Source: an uncultured Pelagibacteraceae bacterium (GTDB lineage: Bacteria > Pseudomonadota > Alphaproteobacteria > Pelagibacterales > Pelagibacteraceae). Taken from it: 64,000 nucleotides of DNA. How positions within the stretch are numbered: position 1 is the first letter of the stretch; each line of letters begins with the position of its first letter. A program made the translations under genes and the position numbers. The notes beneath the pieces were generated by a model. It did not search any database, was not told the DNA's origin, and worked only from the letters and a program-made list of their open reading frames with translations. The stretch is from contig CABYVK010000007.1 of assembly GCA_902522385.1 (NCBI GenBank), positions 1,061-65,060 of the forward strand, given 5' to 3'. Positions 32,114-41,257 of the stretch are shown here, piece after piece.

Positions 32114-32917
32114 TCAGTTTTTCAATTTAATCGATTGTTTTATTTTAAATAAAGACAGTATGAATAATATTAATGAGGCAGCTATTATTGATGGTCCTGA
32201 AGATGTATTAAATTCTAATGAAGAATATAAACCTAATACAACGGACAGTAATCCAGCAATAATTGAAAATATTACCATTTTTTGAGGACTGTCTGAGATA
32301 TTTCTAGCCATAGCCGCTGGTATAATTAGCATACCTGTAATTAGTAGTAACCCTACCATTTTAATTGATATGGCAATTACAGCAGCCATAAGAATTGTAA
32401 AAATAGCTTTTGCTCTATCAGGATTTAATCCTTCTGCTTCTGCTAATTCATAATTAACTGTAGATGCAAACAACGGTTTCCAAATCAATTTAAGAACTAA
32501 TAAAATTAAAGCTCCTCCAGTCCAAATAATTATCAAATCATCAGTTGTTACAGCTAATATATCGCCAAATAAAAGTCCCATAATGTCAAAACGAATAAAG
32601 GTTAAAAAACCTATTACTACTAATCCGACAGCTAATGAGGAATGTGCTAAAAGACCAAGCAAAGCGTCCCCAGGCAAATTAGTTTTTTTCTGTAGTTGAA
32701 TTAGGATTAATGCAATTACTGAAGAAATTAAAAACACTGAAATAGCTATATTTAAATCTAAAGTATATGCCATTGTTACACCAAGAAGTGCTGAATGAGC
32801 TAATGTATCACCAAAATAAGATAATCTTCTCCAAACTACAAAACAACCTAACGGTCCTGTTACAAATGCAATTCCTATTCCTGCAAATAATGCTCTTATA
32901 AAAAAATCATCAAACAT
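32114..32917 (-). CDS. znuB: Zinc ABC transporter permease
   Basis: GCFVVWRRLSYFGDTLAHSALLG, LLFGDIL. Confidence 0.95.
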   Translation of the reverse strand: MFDDFFIRALFAGIGIAFVTGPLGCFVVWRRLSYFGDTLAHSALLGVTMAYTLDLNIAISVFLISSVIALILIQLQKKTNLPGDALLGLLAHSSLAVGLVVIGFLTFIRFDIMGLLFGDILAVTTDDLIIIWTGGALILLVLKLIWKPLFASTVNYELAEAEGLNPDRAKAIFTILMAAVIAISIKMVGLLLITGMLIIPAAMARNISDSPQKMVIFSIIAGLLSVVLGLYSSLEFNTSSGPSIIAASLILFILSLFKIKQSIKLKN

Positions 32918-32918
32918 A

Positions 32919-33665
32919 TTAATTTTTCTTTATTTCACCTTTGTCTGAATGAACGTGATCATGTTTATGTTCATATACAGAAAGAATTTGAGATGCTTGT
33001 TCACCAAATAAGGTTTTATATTCATTATTTTTAGCAACATCCATTGGTGATCCAGAGCAACATACGTGACCATTTAAACAAACCACATGATCAGTTGCGG
33101 TCATAACAGTATGTAGATCATGAGAGATTAATAGAATTCCACAATTTAGTGTATCAGAAATTCTTTTTATTAATTCATACAAAGCAATCTCACCAGTATA
33201 ATCAACTGCTTGAACAGGTTCATCAAGAACTAATAATTCAGGTTTTTTTGAAATAGCTCTTGCGATTAAAACTCTTTGAAATTCACCACCTGATAAATTT
33301 CCTAAATTTTTATTCTTAAGATGCATAACACCTGTTAATGTAAGTGCTTCATCAATTGCCTCATCTTTAATATTTTCAGTTAGAAGCATAAAATCATAAA
33401 CTCTTAACGGTAAAGTCCAATCAATAGATATTTTTTGAGGAACATATCCAACTTTATTTGTGTATTTCTCAACACTTCCTTCTATGTTTTTGTAAATTCC
33501 CAATGCAATTTTTGCGGTAGTACTTTTTCCAGATCCATTAGGTCCAATAAGGGTAACAATCTTTCCTTTTTCAACAGTTAATGAAACTCCTTCCACTAGC
33601 CATTTATCATTTTGTTTAAAACCAGCGTTATTTAATTTTACTAATGTACTATTTTCTGAGCTCAT
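32919..33665 (-). CDS. znuC: Zinc ABC transporter ATPase
   Basis: GPNGSGKS, LSGGEFQR, CLNGHVCCSG, His-rich tail. Confidence 0.95.
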   Translation of the reverse strand: MSSENSTLVKLNNAGFKQNDKWLVEGVSLTVEKGKIVTLIGPNGSGKSTTAKIALGIYKNIEGSVEKYTNKVGYVPQKISIDWTLPLRVYDFMLLTENIKDEAIDEALTLTGVMHLKNKNLGNLSGGEFQRVLIARAISKKPELLVLDEPVQAVDYTGEIALYELIKRISDTLNCGILLISHDLHTVMTATDHVVCLNGHVCCSGSPMDVAKNNEYKTLFGEQASQILSVYEHKHDHVHSDKGEIKKN

Positions 33666-33683
33666 ATATTGCTTGACTTATAA

Positions 33684-33717
33684 ATGTTATATTATTACAT
33701 AACGTTATATTATAACA
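33684..33717. promoter_or_regulatory. Two tandem Zur boxes in the znuC/znuA divergent promoter
   Basis: TGTTATA-T-TATTACA (33685-33699) and CGTTATA-T-TATAACA (33703-33717), each one mismatch from TGTTATA-N-TATAACA. Confidence 0.8.
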
Positions 33718-33736
33718 ACTAATTAAATTACTTATT

Positions 33737-34708
33737 ATGAAAAATATTAAAAAAATACCGCTTATATTCTCAATATTATCAATTCTAACATTCTTTACAC
33801 CAGCAAATGCTGAAATAAAAGTAGTTGCTTCTATTAAACCTATTCATTCATTAGCTAGTTATTTAATGGATGGTATTGCTAAACCTGATTTAATAGTTGA
33901 TGGATATGCTTCTCCACACGGATTTGCAATGAAACCTTCACACGCAAAAATGCTTCAAAATGCAGATCTAATATTCTGGGTTGGTGAAGATTTAGAGAGT
34001 TTTCTAGAAAAACCATTGAGTTCAATTGCTAAGAAAGCAGAAAAAATTGAATTAATGAAAACTAAAGGATTACAGGTATTAAAATTTAGAGAGAGAAATA
34101 TTTTTGACGAACATGATCATGATGATCACGGACATGACGATCATGGGAAAAAAGAAGATGATCATGATGATCACGGACATGACGATCATGATGGACATGC
34201 GCATGGTGAATTTGATCCACACATTTGGTTGGACCCAATTAATGCAAAAGCTATGTTAAATGAAATGGCAGAACATTTAATTGAAAATGATCCTAAAAAT
34301 GAAGCTAAATATAAAAGTAATTTAGCTAAAGCTTTACAAGAAATCGATAAACTTACAATTGATGTTATGACAGATTTAAGCAACAGTGTTTCTTCAATTG
34401 TATTCCATGATGCTTATCAGTATTTTGAGAAAAGATTTAATGTAAATATATTAGGTGCTTTTACTGTTAATACAGATGTAATGCCTGGAGCAGAACAACT
34501 AGCAGAAATCAGAGAGATAATTGAACACGATAAAGTTGCTTGTGTATTTTCTGAACCTCAATTTAACCCTGATATCATTAAAGCGGTTGCAAAAGACATG
34601 AATATTAAAACCGGTGTAGTTGATCCATTAGGAGCGACTTTAGAACCAGGAAAAGACTTATATTTCAATTTAATTAGAAATATGTCTGCATCTTTCAAAG
34701 GTTGTTAA
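33737..34708 (+). CDS. znuA: Zinc ABC transporter substrate-binding protein
   Basis: SIKPIH, ASPH, His/Asp-rich loop, DPHIWLDP, FHDAYQYF. Confidence 0.95.
   Translation: MKNIKKIPLIFSILSILTFFTPANAEIKVVASIKPIHSLASYLMDGIAKPDLIVDGYASPHGFAMKPSHAKMLQNADLIFWVGEDLESFLEKPLSSIAKKAEKIELMKTKGLQVLKFRERNIFDEHDHDDHGHDDHGKKEDDHDDHGHDDHDGHAHGEFDPHIWLDPINAKAMLNEMAEHLIENDPKNEAKYKSNLAKALQEIDKLTIDVMTDLSNSVSSIVFHDAYQYFEKRFNVNILGAFTVNTDVMPGAEQLAEIREIIEHDKVACVFSEPQFNPDIIKAVAKDMNIKTGVVDPLGATLEPGKDLYFNLIRNMSASFKGC
34113..34190 (+). repeat. Exact 33-bp direct repeat encoding the ZnuA His/Asp loop
   Basis: ATGATCATGATGATCACGGACATGACGATCATG at 34113-34145 and 34158-34190. Confidence 0.95.
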
Positions 34709-34721
34709 TTAAAAATTAGGT

Positions 34722-34754
34722 TTAATCCGGGAATTTTTTTAATTCTCGGATTAA
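34722..34754 (+). terminator. Stem-loop after znuA (probable terminator)
   Basis: TTAATCCGGGAATT / AATTCTCGGATTAA, 14-bp stem with one G-U pair. Confidence 0.65.
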
Positions 34755-34839
34755 CAAATAATTATTACTTTTATTTAATCTCACAAAAAACATTGTATTT
34801 ATTTTAAAGAAGATTTATTTTCTTTCATAATCTAACTAT

Positions 34840-35721
34840 ATGAATGATTTAAATTTATTTAAAAAAAATGGCTTTCTTGTTAAAGAAAATCTAATTTCTC
34901 AAACAAAGATAAATAAAATTAATAAAATTGTTAATGAAGTAATTTCAAAAGAAAAAAAAAGAAAAAAAGGTAATGGTGTAAATGGAACTCAGTCTTATGA
35001 TAATTACCATTTTGTCTACAAATCAGGTTCTCCAAAAAATAAAGAAATTCTAAGACTAAATAATCCTCAGAACAGGCATAAAGTTTTCTATGAATTATCT
35101 AGAGATAAAAGAATTATATCCATAGCTAAAAAATTATTAGGTGGAACAGTAAGATTTCATCTAGGTAAATTAAATTTTAAGCTTCCAAATAAGAAAAAAG
35201 GCAGTGAAATTGGATGGCACCAAGATTGGGCTTTTTACCCTCATACGAACGATGATTTAATTACAGTTGGTATATATTTAGATGATTGCTACGAGAAAAA
35301 TGGGCCACTTAAAATAATAAAGAATTCACACAAAAAGAAATTGTACAGCCACCACAGCAAAGAAAATTATTTTGTTGGAAAAATAGATACTAAGAAAAAT
35401 AAAATAGGAACTAAGGATAGTGTTTCTATAACTGGCACAGCAGGAACAGTAGTATTTTTTCATTGTAGATCAGTTCATGGGTCTGGACACAATCAAATGA
35501 ATAACTCAAGACCCTTAATTTTATTTGGTTATAGAGCTTGTGATGCGTGGCCATTAATCAATGATGGAAACCCTCATCCTGAGGTTAATTTAGATAATTA
35601 TGACAAAAATATTATTGTAGGAAATAAATCAATAAAACCAAGATTGACTAAAGTTCCAACCATAATCCCACTCCCTAAGAAGAAACACTACGTTTCCATC
35701 TATGAACTTCAAAAAAATTAA
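34840..35721 (+). CDS. Phytanoyl-CoA dioxygenase (PhyH) family Fe(II)/2OG oxygenase
   Basis: KLNFK, WHQD (HxD), NGPL..IKNSH, distal VHGS His, R for 2OG binding. Confidence 0.9.
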   Translation: MNDLNLFKKNGFLVKENLISQTKINKINKIVNEVISKEKKRKKGNGVNGTQSYDNYHFVYKSGSPKNKEILRLNNPQNRHKVFYELSRDKRIISIAKKLLGGTVRFHLGKLNFKLPNKKKGSEIGWHQDWAFYPHTNDDLITVGIYLDDCYEKNGPLKIIKNSHKKKLYSHHSKENYFVGKIDTKKNKIGTKDSVSITGTAGTVVFFHCRSVHGSGHNQMNNSRPLILFGYRACDAWPLINDGNPHPEVNLDNYDKNIIVGNKSIKPRLTKVPTIIPLPKKKHYVSIYELQKN

Positions 35722-35737
35722 ATCACATAAAAGTCTA

Positions 35738-35766
35738 TTGTAACAAATCTTTAACATAACATTCAT
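35738..35766 (+). promoter_or_regulatory. PHO-box-like 11-bp-periodic repeat upstream of the arsenate operon
   Basis: TTGTAAC-AAAT-CTTTAAC-ATAA-CATTCAT, same pattern as the box upstream of pstS. Confidence 0.55.
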
Positions 35767-35777
35767 ATAAGTTTTGA

Positions 35778-36002
35778 ATGTTATTTATAAAAAAATATCT
35801 AAAGTGGATCAGTACATTCTTAGTATTAACTGGCATTTTACTTACAAATCTTAATATTTACCCACTGAATATTTATTTTCATGGTCTTGGTGTTGTTGGA
35901 TGGACAATTTCTGGGTTGTTATTAAAGGATAAGGCTATTTTAACTAACTTTGGATTACAAATTCCATTATTTGTGATTGGTATTTATAAAATTATTTTTT
36001 AA
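35778..36002 (+). CDS. Small membrane protein (DUF6552-like)
   Basis: 74 aa, about 3 TM helices, LKW...NIYPLN...G..GW...D.A...N; coupled to arsC by a TAATG overlap. Confidence 0.65.
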   Translation: MLFIKKYLKWISTFLVLTGILLTNLNIYPLNIYFHGLGVVGWTISGLLLKDKAILTNFGLQIPLFVIGIYKIIF

Positions 36003-36433
36003 TGAAAAATATTTTATTTGTATGCACAGGAAATTCAGCAAGAAGCATTATTGCTGAGAGCATTATTAATAACGAATACTCAAATAAATTTAAAGCTTTC
36101 AGTGCTGGTAGCAATCCATCTGGAAAAATCAATGTTGATATTAGAAGTTTTTTAGAAAAAAATAAAAATTATGATCTAACTAATTATAGTTCTAAAAACT
36201 TTAAAAAGTTTATCGAAAATGAAATAAAAATGGATCATGTAATAACAGTATGTAATAACGCAAATAATGAGGTATGTCCTATTTGGCCTCATAAAAACCA
36301 AATTATTCATTGGGATATAGATGATCCAGTAACAAAACTTCAAAATGCAAATGATGAAGAAAAGCAAATAATCATTAGAAACACATTTAATATTATAAGT
36401 AGTAAAATTAAAGATTGGATAAATGAAAAATAA
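36002..36433 (+). CDS. arsC: Thioredoxin-type arsenate reductase (LMW-PTP fold)
   Basis: CTGNSARS P-loop, SAGSNP, TVC...VCP redox Cys pair, HWDIDDP. Confidence 0.88.
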   Translation: MKNILFVCTGNSARSIIAESIINNEYSNKFKAFSAGSNPSGKINVDIRSFLEKNKNYDLTNYSSKNFKKFIENEIKMDHVITVCNNANNEVCPIWPHKNQIIHWDIDDPVTKLQNANDEEKQIIIRNTFNIISSKIKDWINEK

Positions 36434-37082
36434 AAGTAGATATTTTCTTTCTGAATTTATTGGAAGTTGCTTTCTAGTAATGATCATAGTTGGATCAGGT
36501 TTAATGGCAGAAAATCTTACCGATGATATAGCTGTAATGCTAATTGCCAATACTATAGCAACTGGAGCTGGATTGTTTGTGCTAATAACTGTTTTTGCAG
36601 ATGTTTCTGGAGCTCATTTTAATCCATTTGTTAGTATAGCAATGACAATAACTGGAAAATTAAAAAAACGTCTTCTACCCTTTTATATTTCAGCTCAGAT
36701 CCTTGGATGTTTATTAGGTGTGGCTTTAGCTAATTTCTTTTTTGAACATCAGATTTTTGAATTATCAACAAAATCAAGAGATGGTATCTATATTTTTGTA
36801 TCAGAAATTATAGCAACATTAGGACTAATAATCATTATTTTTGGATCCATGAAGTCAGGTAAAATTACTGTAGCTGCATCTGTTGGGTTATATATTACAG
36901 CTGGTTATTGGTTTACTTCATCAACATCTTTTGCAAATCCTGCTGTAGCAATAGCAAGAACATTCACAGAGTCGTTTACTGGTATAAGTTATTTAAACAC
37001 TCCTTTTTATATAGTTGCAGAATTAATTGGTATGTTAATTGCTGTTTATGTCGCAAAAAAATTATTCTTAGAAAAAGATTGA
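36423..37082 (+). CDS. MIP/aquaporin family channel (AqpS-like arsenite channel)
   Basis: SGAHFNPF and WFTSSTSFANPAV, characteristic of ars-operon aquaporins; overlaps the arsC stop. Confidence 0.85.
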   Translation: MKNKSRYFLSEFIGSCFLVMIIVGSGLMAENLTDDIAVMLIANTIATGAGLFVLITVFADVSGAHFNPFVSIAMTITGKLKKRLLPFYISAQILGCLLGVALANFFFEHQIFELSTKSRDGIYIFVSEIIATLGLIIIIFGSMKSGKITVAASVGLYITAGYWFTSSTSFANPAVAIARTFTESFTGISYLNTPFYIVAELIGMLIAVYVAKKLFLEKD

Positions 37083-37576
37083 AAAATTTAAAACTAACAA
37101 ACAATATTAAATTAATTAATAAAAAATTTAAAAAAAATGAATTTTATCATTTTTTAAAAACTTCAAACCTTTCAATCGTAATACCCAAAATTAAGAACAA
37201 GTATATTTTGGTTTCACAAAAAAGAATTCCTATAAATCAAATTAATTTTGAGTTTCCATCTGGTATAATTGAAAAACATGAAACAGCTTTAATATCTGCT
37301 AAAAAAGAATTAATTGAAGAAACAGGATATAAATCAAGAAATAAATTGAGAAAAATTACTTCATTTTATTCTGAACCAGGTCGACTCACCACTAAAATTA
37401 CTGGTTTTTTTTGTAATAATCTTATTAAAATTTCAAAGCCTGAAAAAGGAATAAAAATCCACATAGTTTCAGATCATCAAATAATTAAATTAATTAAGAA
37501 TGGTAAATTTAATAACGCCTCTCATATTGGTATGTTTTTGTTTTATAAAAAAAAATCACTAACGTATAAGTTGTAA
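37079..37576 (+). CDS. NUDIX hydrolase
   Basis: EFPSGIIEKHETALISAKKELIEETGY Nudix box (K in place of R). Probable TTG start at 37079 overlapping the aquaporin TGA, rather than 36908. Confidence 0.8.
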   Translation: MKNLKLTNNIKLINKKFKKNEFYHFLKTSNLSIVIPKIKNKYILVSQKRIPINQINFEFPSGIIEKHETALISAKKELIEETGYKSRNKLRKITSFYSEPGRLTTKITGFFCNNLIKISKPEKGIKIHIVSDHQIIKLIKNGKFNNASHIGMFLFYKKKSLTYKL

Positions 37577-37592
37577 TAGATTAAATTAAATT

Positions 37593-39104
37593 TTAATTAT
37601 TTGAGTAAATTACTCTCGGCTCTAAAAATAATTCTCGCGCAAGAGCTTTAAATCTTTTTGTAACTTGTTTAGAAATTATTTCTTGATGTTGTGCTGGAAT
37701 TTTTAAAAATACAGAGTTACCTCTTTTATACAATTTAAATTCCTCTAAGAAGATAGTAGAAATAGATGTAAGTGAGTGAGCAAATCTTAAGGCTGCACCA
37801 ACTTGTTTACTAGAAAAAATTTCATTATTATTTAAAAATTTCAAATATTCTATTTTAGGGTTGTATTTAATGCTGCAGTACCTCCAATAACATGAAAGAG
37901 CTATTTGAATTCTTTCTTTATGTGAAAGTCTCAATAACGGAGTATTTAATGTTTCTTGAAAAACTAATTCTGCTTTTTGAAAAGCACCAAGTCCCCAATC
38001 CATATGACTTAAAACACAAGCTAAATTAAGCAATTTTTCATCGAAATGTTCATTACCATCAAATACAGGTTTGATAAATTCATGATACTTTTTGTAAGTT
38101 AATCCCAAATCACCTCTTTTCTTAGAAATATATTCTAATGATTTTTCAAAAACTTGAGAGTTATCAATATTTTTAAAGTAATCTGTTGCAAGAGATCCCT
38201 CTCTAATACCGCTTATAGAGCATATTATGTTTTTTGGATTTGTTGCTCTCATGATCTCATCTAATATTATAGAGCTATATGGTAGATAGGGTGTTCTAGA
38301 TTTAGATATATATTCAACTGTTTTTAGTTTTGCTTTGTTGAACGATGCAATTTTTTCTACAAATGTCGATATAGTTTCATAATTTACTGAATACTGATGG
38401 ATTATGTGGACAGGGTGTTTATTTTGAAAAAGATGAAGTTTAAATAAAGCTCTCCATGTTCCACCAACTAAATATAGATTTTCAAATTTTTTTTTAGATA
38501 ACCATTTCTCATCTCTCAAAAGTTTTTTTATATATTTGGAAAGGTTTCTCTTTTTTACAATTGGATTATTTATTAATCTTAAAACACCTAAGGGTAAAGA
38601 TGTTTTATTAGTGATCAAACCATTTTCAACTCGAGCTAGTTCTAAACTACCTCCACCAAGATCGGCAACTAACCCATCTACATTATCAAATCCAATTTTA
38701 ACACCTTCTGCTGAACAAATTGCTTCTTCCTCACCACTTAAGATTTCTATTTTTTTCTTAAAAAGATTTTCTACGTATTCAACAAATGGTTTTGCATCAG
38801 TTGCTTCTCTTAAAACAGCAGTTGCTATTATTTTTAAATTAACAATTTTAGAAACATTTAAAATCTCTGAAAATCTCTTCAATACTTTTTGAGCATAATC
38901 AACACCAGACTTATGAAGTTTTCTTGATTTATCTAAATTTTTACCAAGTTCACAAACAGCTTTTTCATTGAAAAATGGCACACGAGAAGAGCTAAAATCT
39001 TCATAAATTAGCATCCTAATAGAATTAGATCCTATATCAATAACTGCTAATTTAGCAGGTTTTAATTTTAAATTTTGTTTATTTTTAAAAACTTTAATTT
39101 CCAC
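37593..39104 (-). CDS. ppx: Exopolyphosphatase Ppx/GppA
   Basis: IDIGSNSIR, TAVLREA, SGEEEA, DLGGGSLE, GIREG. Confidence 0.93.
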   Translation of the reverse strand: MEIKVFKNKQNLKLKPAKLAVIDIGSNSIRMLIYEDFSSSRVPFFNEKAVCELGKNLDKSRKLHKSGVDYAQKVLKRFSEILNVSKIVNLKIIATAVLREATDAKPFVEYVENLFKKKIEILSGEEEAICSAEGVKIGFDNVDGLVADLGGGSLELARVENGLITNKTSLPLGVLRLINNPIVKKRNLSKYIKKLLRDEKWLSKKKFENLYLVGGTWRALFKLHLFQNKHPVHIIHQYSVNYETISTFVEKIASFNKAKLKTVEYISKSRTPYLPYSSIILDEIMRATNPKNIICSISGIREGSLATDYFKNIDNSQVFEKSLEYISKKRGDLGLTYKKYHEFIKPVFDGNEHFDEKLLNLACVLSHMDWGLGAFQKAELVFQETLNTPLLRLSHKERIQIALSCYWRYCSIKYNPKIEYLKFLNNNEIFSSKQVGAALRFAHSLTSISTIFLEEFKLYKRGNSVFLKIPAQHQEIISKQVTKRFKALARELFLEPRVIYSNN

Positions 39105-41244
39105 TTTTAATTAATCTTAAGTTTAATTTTTTCGGTTTCATTTTTAATTTAGCTTTACCTCTTCCAGATAAACTAGGATTATTCATAAAATAATCATGGG
39201 CTGAAAAAGAATCATTTTCACTATATTTTATTTTTTTATAATTTCCACTAGCATCGAGTTCCCAACTTTGTTTTTTATCTAAATAATTAGCTAACATAAT
39301 TTGATCAAGAACTTGTTCATGGACTGTTTGGTTTTCAATTGGAACTAGAAGTTCAACTCTTCGATTTAAATTTCTTGGCATTAAATCTGCTGATGAAATA
39401 AAAACTTTTGCATCTCTACTAGGCATTGTTTTTCCATTTGAAAAACAATAAATTCTTGAGTGTTCCAAAAATCTTCCAATCATGCTTTTAACTATTATAT
39501 TTTCAGATTTATCTTTAACTCCAGGTCTTAAACAACAAACACCTCTTACAAATAAAAATATCTTTACTCCAGCATTTGAAGCTTCGTAAAATTTATCAAT
39601 TATCGCTGGATCTACTAAGGAATTCATTTTGGCCCATATTTCACCTTTTTTACCTTTTTTGACATTTGCTATCTCGTTAGCAATACATTTGTTCAAAGTT
39701 TCCCTAAGATTAATTGGTGATATAGATATTTTACTAAGATTTCGTGGTTTTGAATAACCAGTTACATAATTAAAAAATTTTTCTACATCAGTTGCTATTT
39801 TTTTATCAGAGCTAAATAAAGATAAGTCAGTATAAATTTTTGCATTAACTGGGTGATAATTGCCAGTTCCCAGATGTATATAAGTTTGAATTTTTCCCTG
39901 CTCTTTTCTTAATATTAAAGATGATTTTGCATGTGTTTTATATTTTGCAAAACCATAAACTATTTGAATTCCTGCCTTTTCTAAACTTCTTGAAAGTTGA
40001 ATGTTTGCTTCTTCATCAAATCTTGCTTTGATCTCTATTAAAGCGGTTACTGTCTTTCCATTTTCAGCTGCTGTTATTAAGGCTTTAACAATTGGAGAGT
40101 CTAACGTTGTTCTGTATAGAGTTTGTTTAATTGCTATAACTTTTTTATCATATGCAGCTTGATTTAAAAACTCAACGACAGCATCAAATGTTTCAAAAGG
40201 GTGATGAACTATTAAATCCTTTTTTTTTATAGTATCAAAAAAATTATTATTAAATTCCTTTAATCTCTCAACCTCTCTGGGATTAAAATTTTTAAATCTT
40301 AATTTAGAATTTTTAATTTTACAAACTTGGTCGATATCTTGAATTCCAACAATGCCTTCAATTTCATAGATGTATTCAGATTTTACGTTTAACTTATTGG
40401 TTATAAACTTAATTAAGTCATTATTACTATTTTTTAAAATTTCTAAACGTACGATGTCACCTGTTCTTCTTCTTTTTAAAGCCAATTCAAAAGATCTTAC
40501 TAAATCTTCGGCCTCATCTTGAATTTCTACATCACTATCTCTTATAACTCTAAATAACATTTTTTTATCTAAATCATGATCAGGAAATATTTCAGAAGCA
40601 AAAAAACTTATAACATCATCAATAATTAAAAATTTTTTAAAACTTTTATTTCCATCTATTTCAATAAATCTTGATAAAGCTTTTGGAATTACTATTATTG
40701 CATTTAAAACTCTTTTTTTATTTTTCTTATTTAATCTCATAACTAATGCTCTTCCTTGATTTGCAATAAATGGAAAGGGATGAGCTGGGTCTATTGCCGA
40801 TGGTGTTAGCAGAGGGTAAATTTCTTCATTAAAAATTTTAAATAATCTTTTTTGATCCGATTTACTTAAATTTTCAGGTTTAACTATACTTATATTTGCT
40901 TTTTTTAATTGAAGAATTAAATCTCTATATATTTTATTTTGTTTATTAAGAAGATTATTTGTTTCCAAAATAACTTCACTCATTTGTTCATCAGGAGTAA
41001 GACCATCAGAGCTAAGAGAATCTACCTCTTGCTTGATTTGACTATATAAACCCGCGACACGTACCATAAAGAATTCATCTAAATTTGATCCAGCTATAGA
41101 TAAAAATTTAATTCTTTCATAAAGTGGGTTTTCAATATTTTGGGCTTCTAGAAGAACTCTGTCGTTGAATTTGAGCCAAGACAATTCTCTATTTATGTAT
41201 TTAGATCTAAGTATTTCTTTATCTTGTTTTTTTAATGCAGTCAT
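39094..41244 (-). CDS. ppk: Polyphosphate kinase 1
   Basis: NRELSWLKFN.RV, NLDEFFMVRVA, KTHAK phospho-His motif, GRFLEHSR, SADLMPRNL. Start probably ATG 41244 (track gives 41265). Confidence 0.96.
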   Translation of the reverse strand: MTALKKQDKEILRSKYINRELSWLKFNDRVLLEAQNIENPLYERIKFLSIAGSNLDEFFMVRVAGLYSQIKQEVDSLSSDGLTPDEQMSEVILETNNLLNKQNKIYRDLILQLKKANISIVKPENLSKSDQKRLFKIFNEEIYPLLTPSAIDPAHPFPFIANQGRALVMRLNKKNKKRVLNAIIVIPKALSRFIEIDGNKSFKKFLIIDDVISFFASEIFPDHDLDKKMLFRVIRDSDVEIQDEAEDLVRSFELALKRRRTGDIVRLEILKNSNNDLIKFITNKLNVKSEYIYEIEGIVGIQDIDQVCKIKNSKLRFKNFNPREVERLKEFNNNFFDTIKKKDLIVHHPFETFDAVVEFLNQAAYDKKVIAIKQTLYRTTLDSPIVKALITAAENGKTVTALIEIKARFDEEANIQLSRSLEKAGIQIVYGFAKYKTHAKSSLILRKEQGKIQTYIHLGTGNYHPVNAKIYTDLSLFSSDKKIATDVEKFFNYVTGYSKPRNLSKISISPINLRETLNKCIANEIANVKKGKKGEIWAKMNSLVDPAIIDKFYEASNAGVKIFLFVRGVCCLRPGVKDKSENIIVKSMIGRFLEHSRIYCFSNGKTMPSRDAKVFISSADLMPRNLNRRVELLVPIENQTVHEQVLDQIMLANYLDKKQSWELDASGNYKKIKYSENDSFSAHDYFMNNPSLSGRGKAKLKMKPKKLNLRLIKSGN

Positions 41245-41257
41245 ATATTTAAACTTT

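Noticed and set aside
34105-34210. Repeats in znuA as a CRISPR-like array
   Set aside because: Only two in-frame copies encoding the normal His/Asp loop; no spacers or cas genes.
36908-37078. N-terminal extension of the NUDIX ORF given in the track
   Set aside because: Overlaps the aquaporin in another frame; the TTG at 37079 coupled to the aquaporin stop is more plausible. The same logic was applied to xth, sixA, ppk, pstA, pstB and aapM starts.
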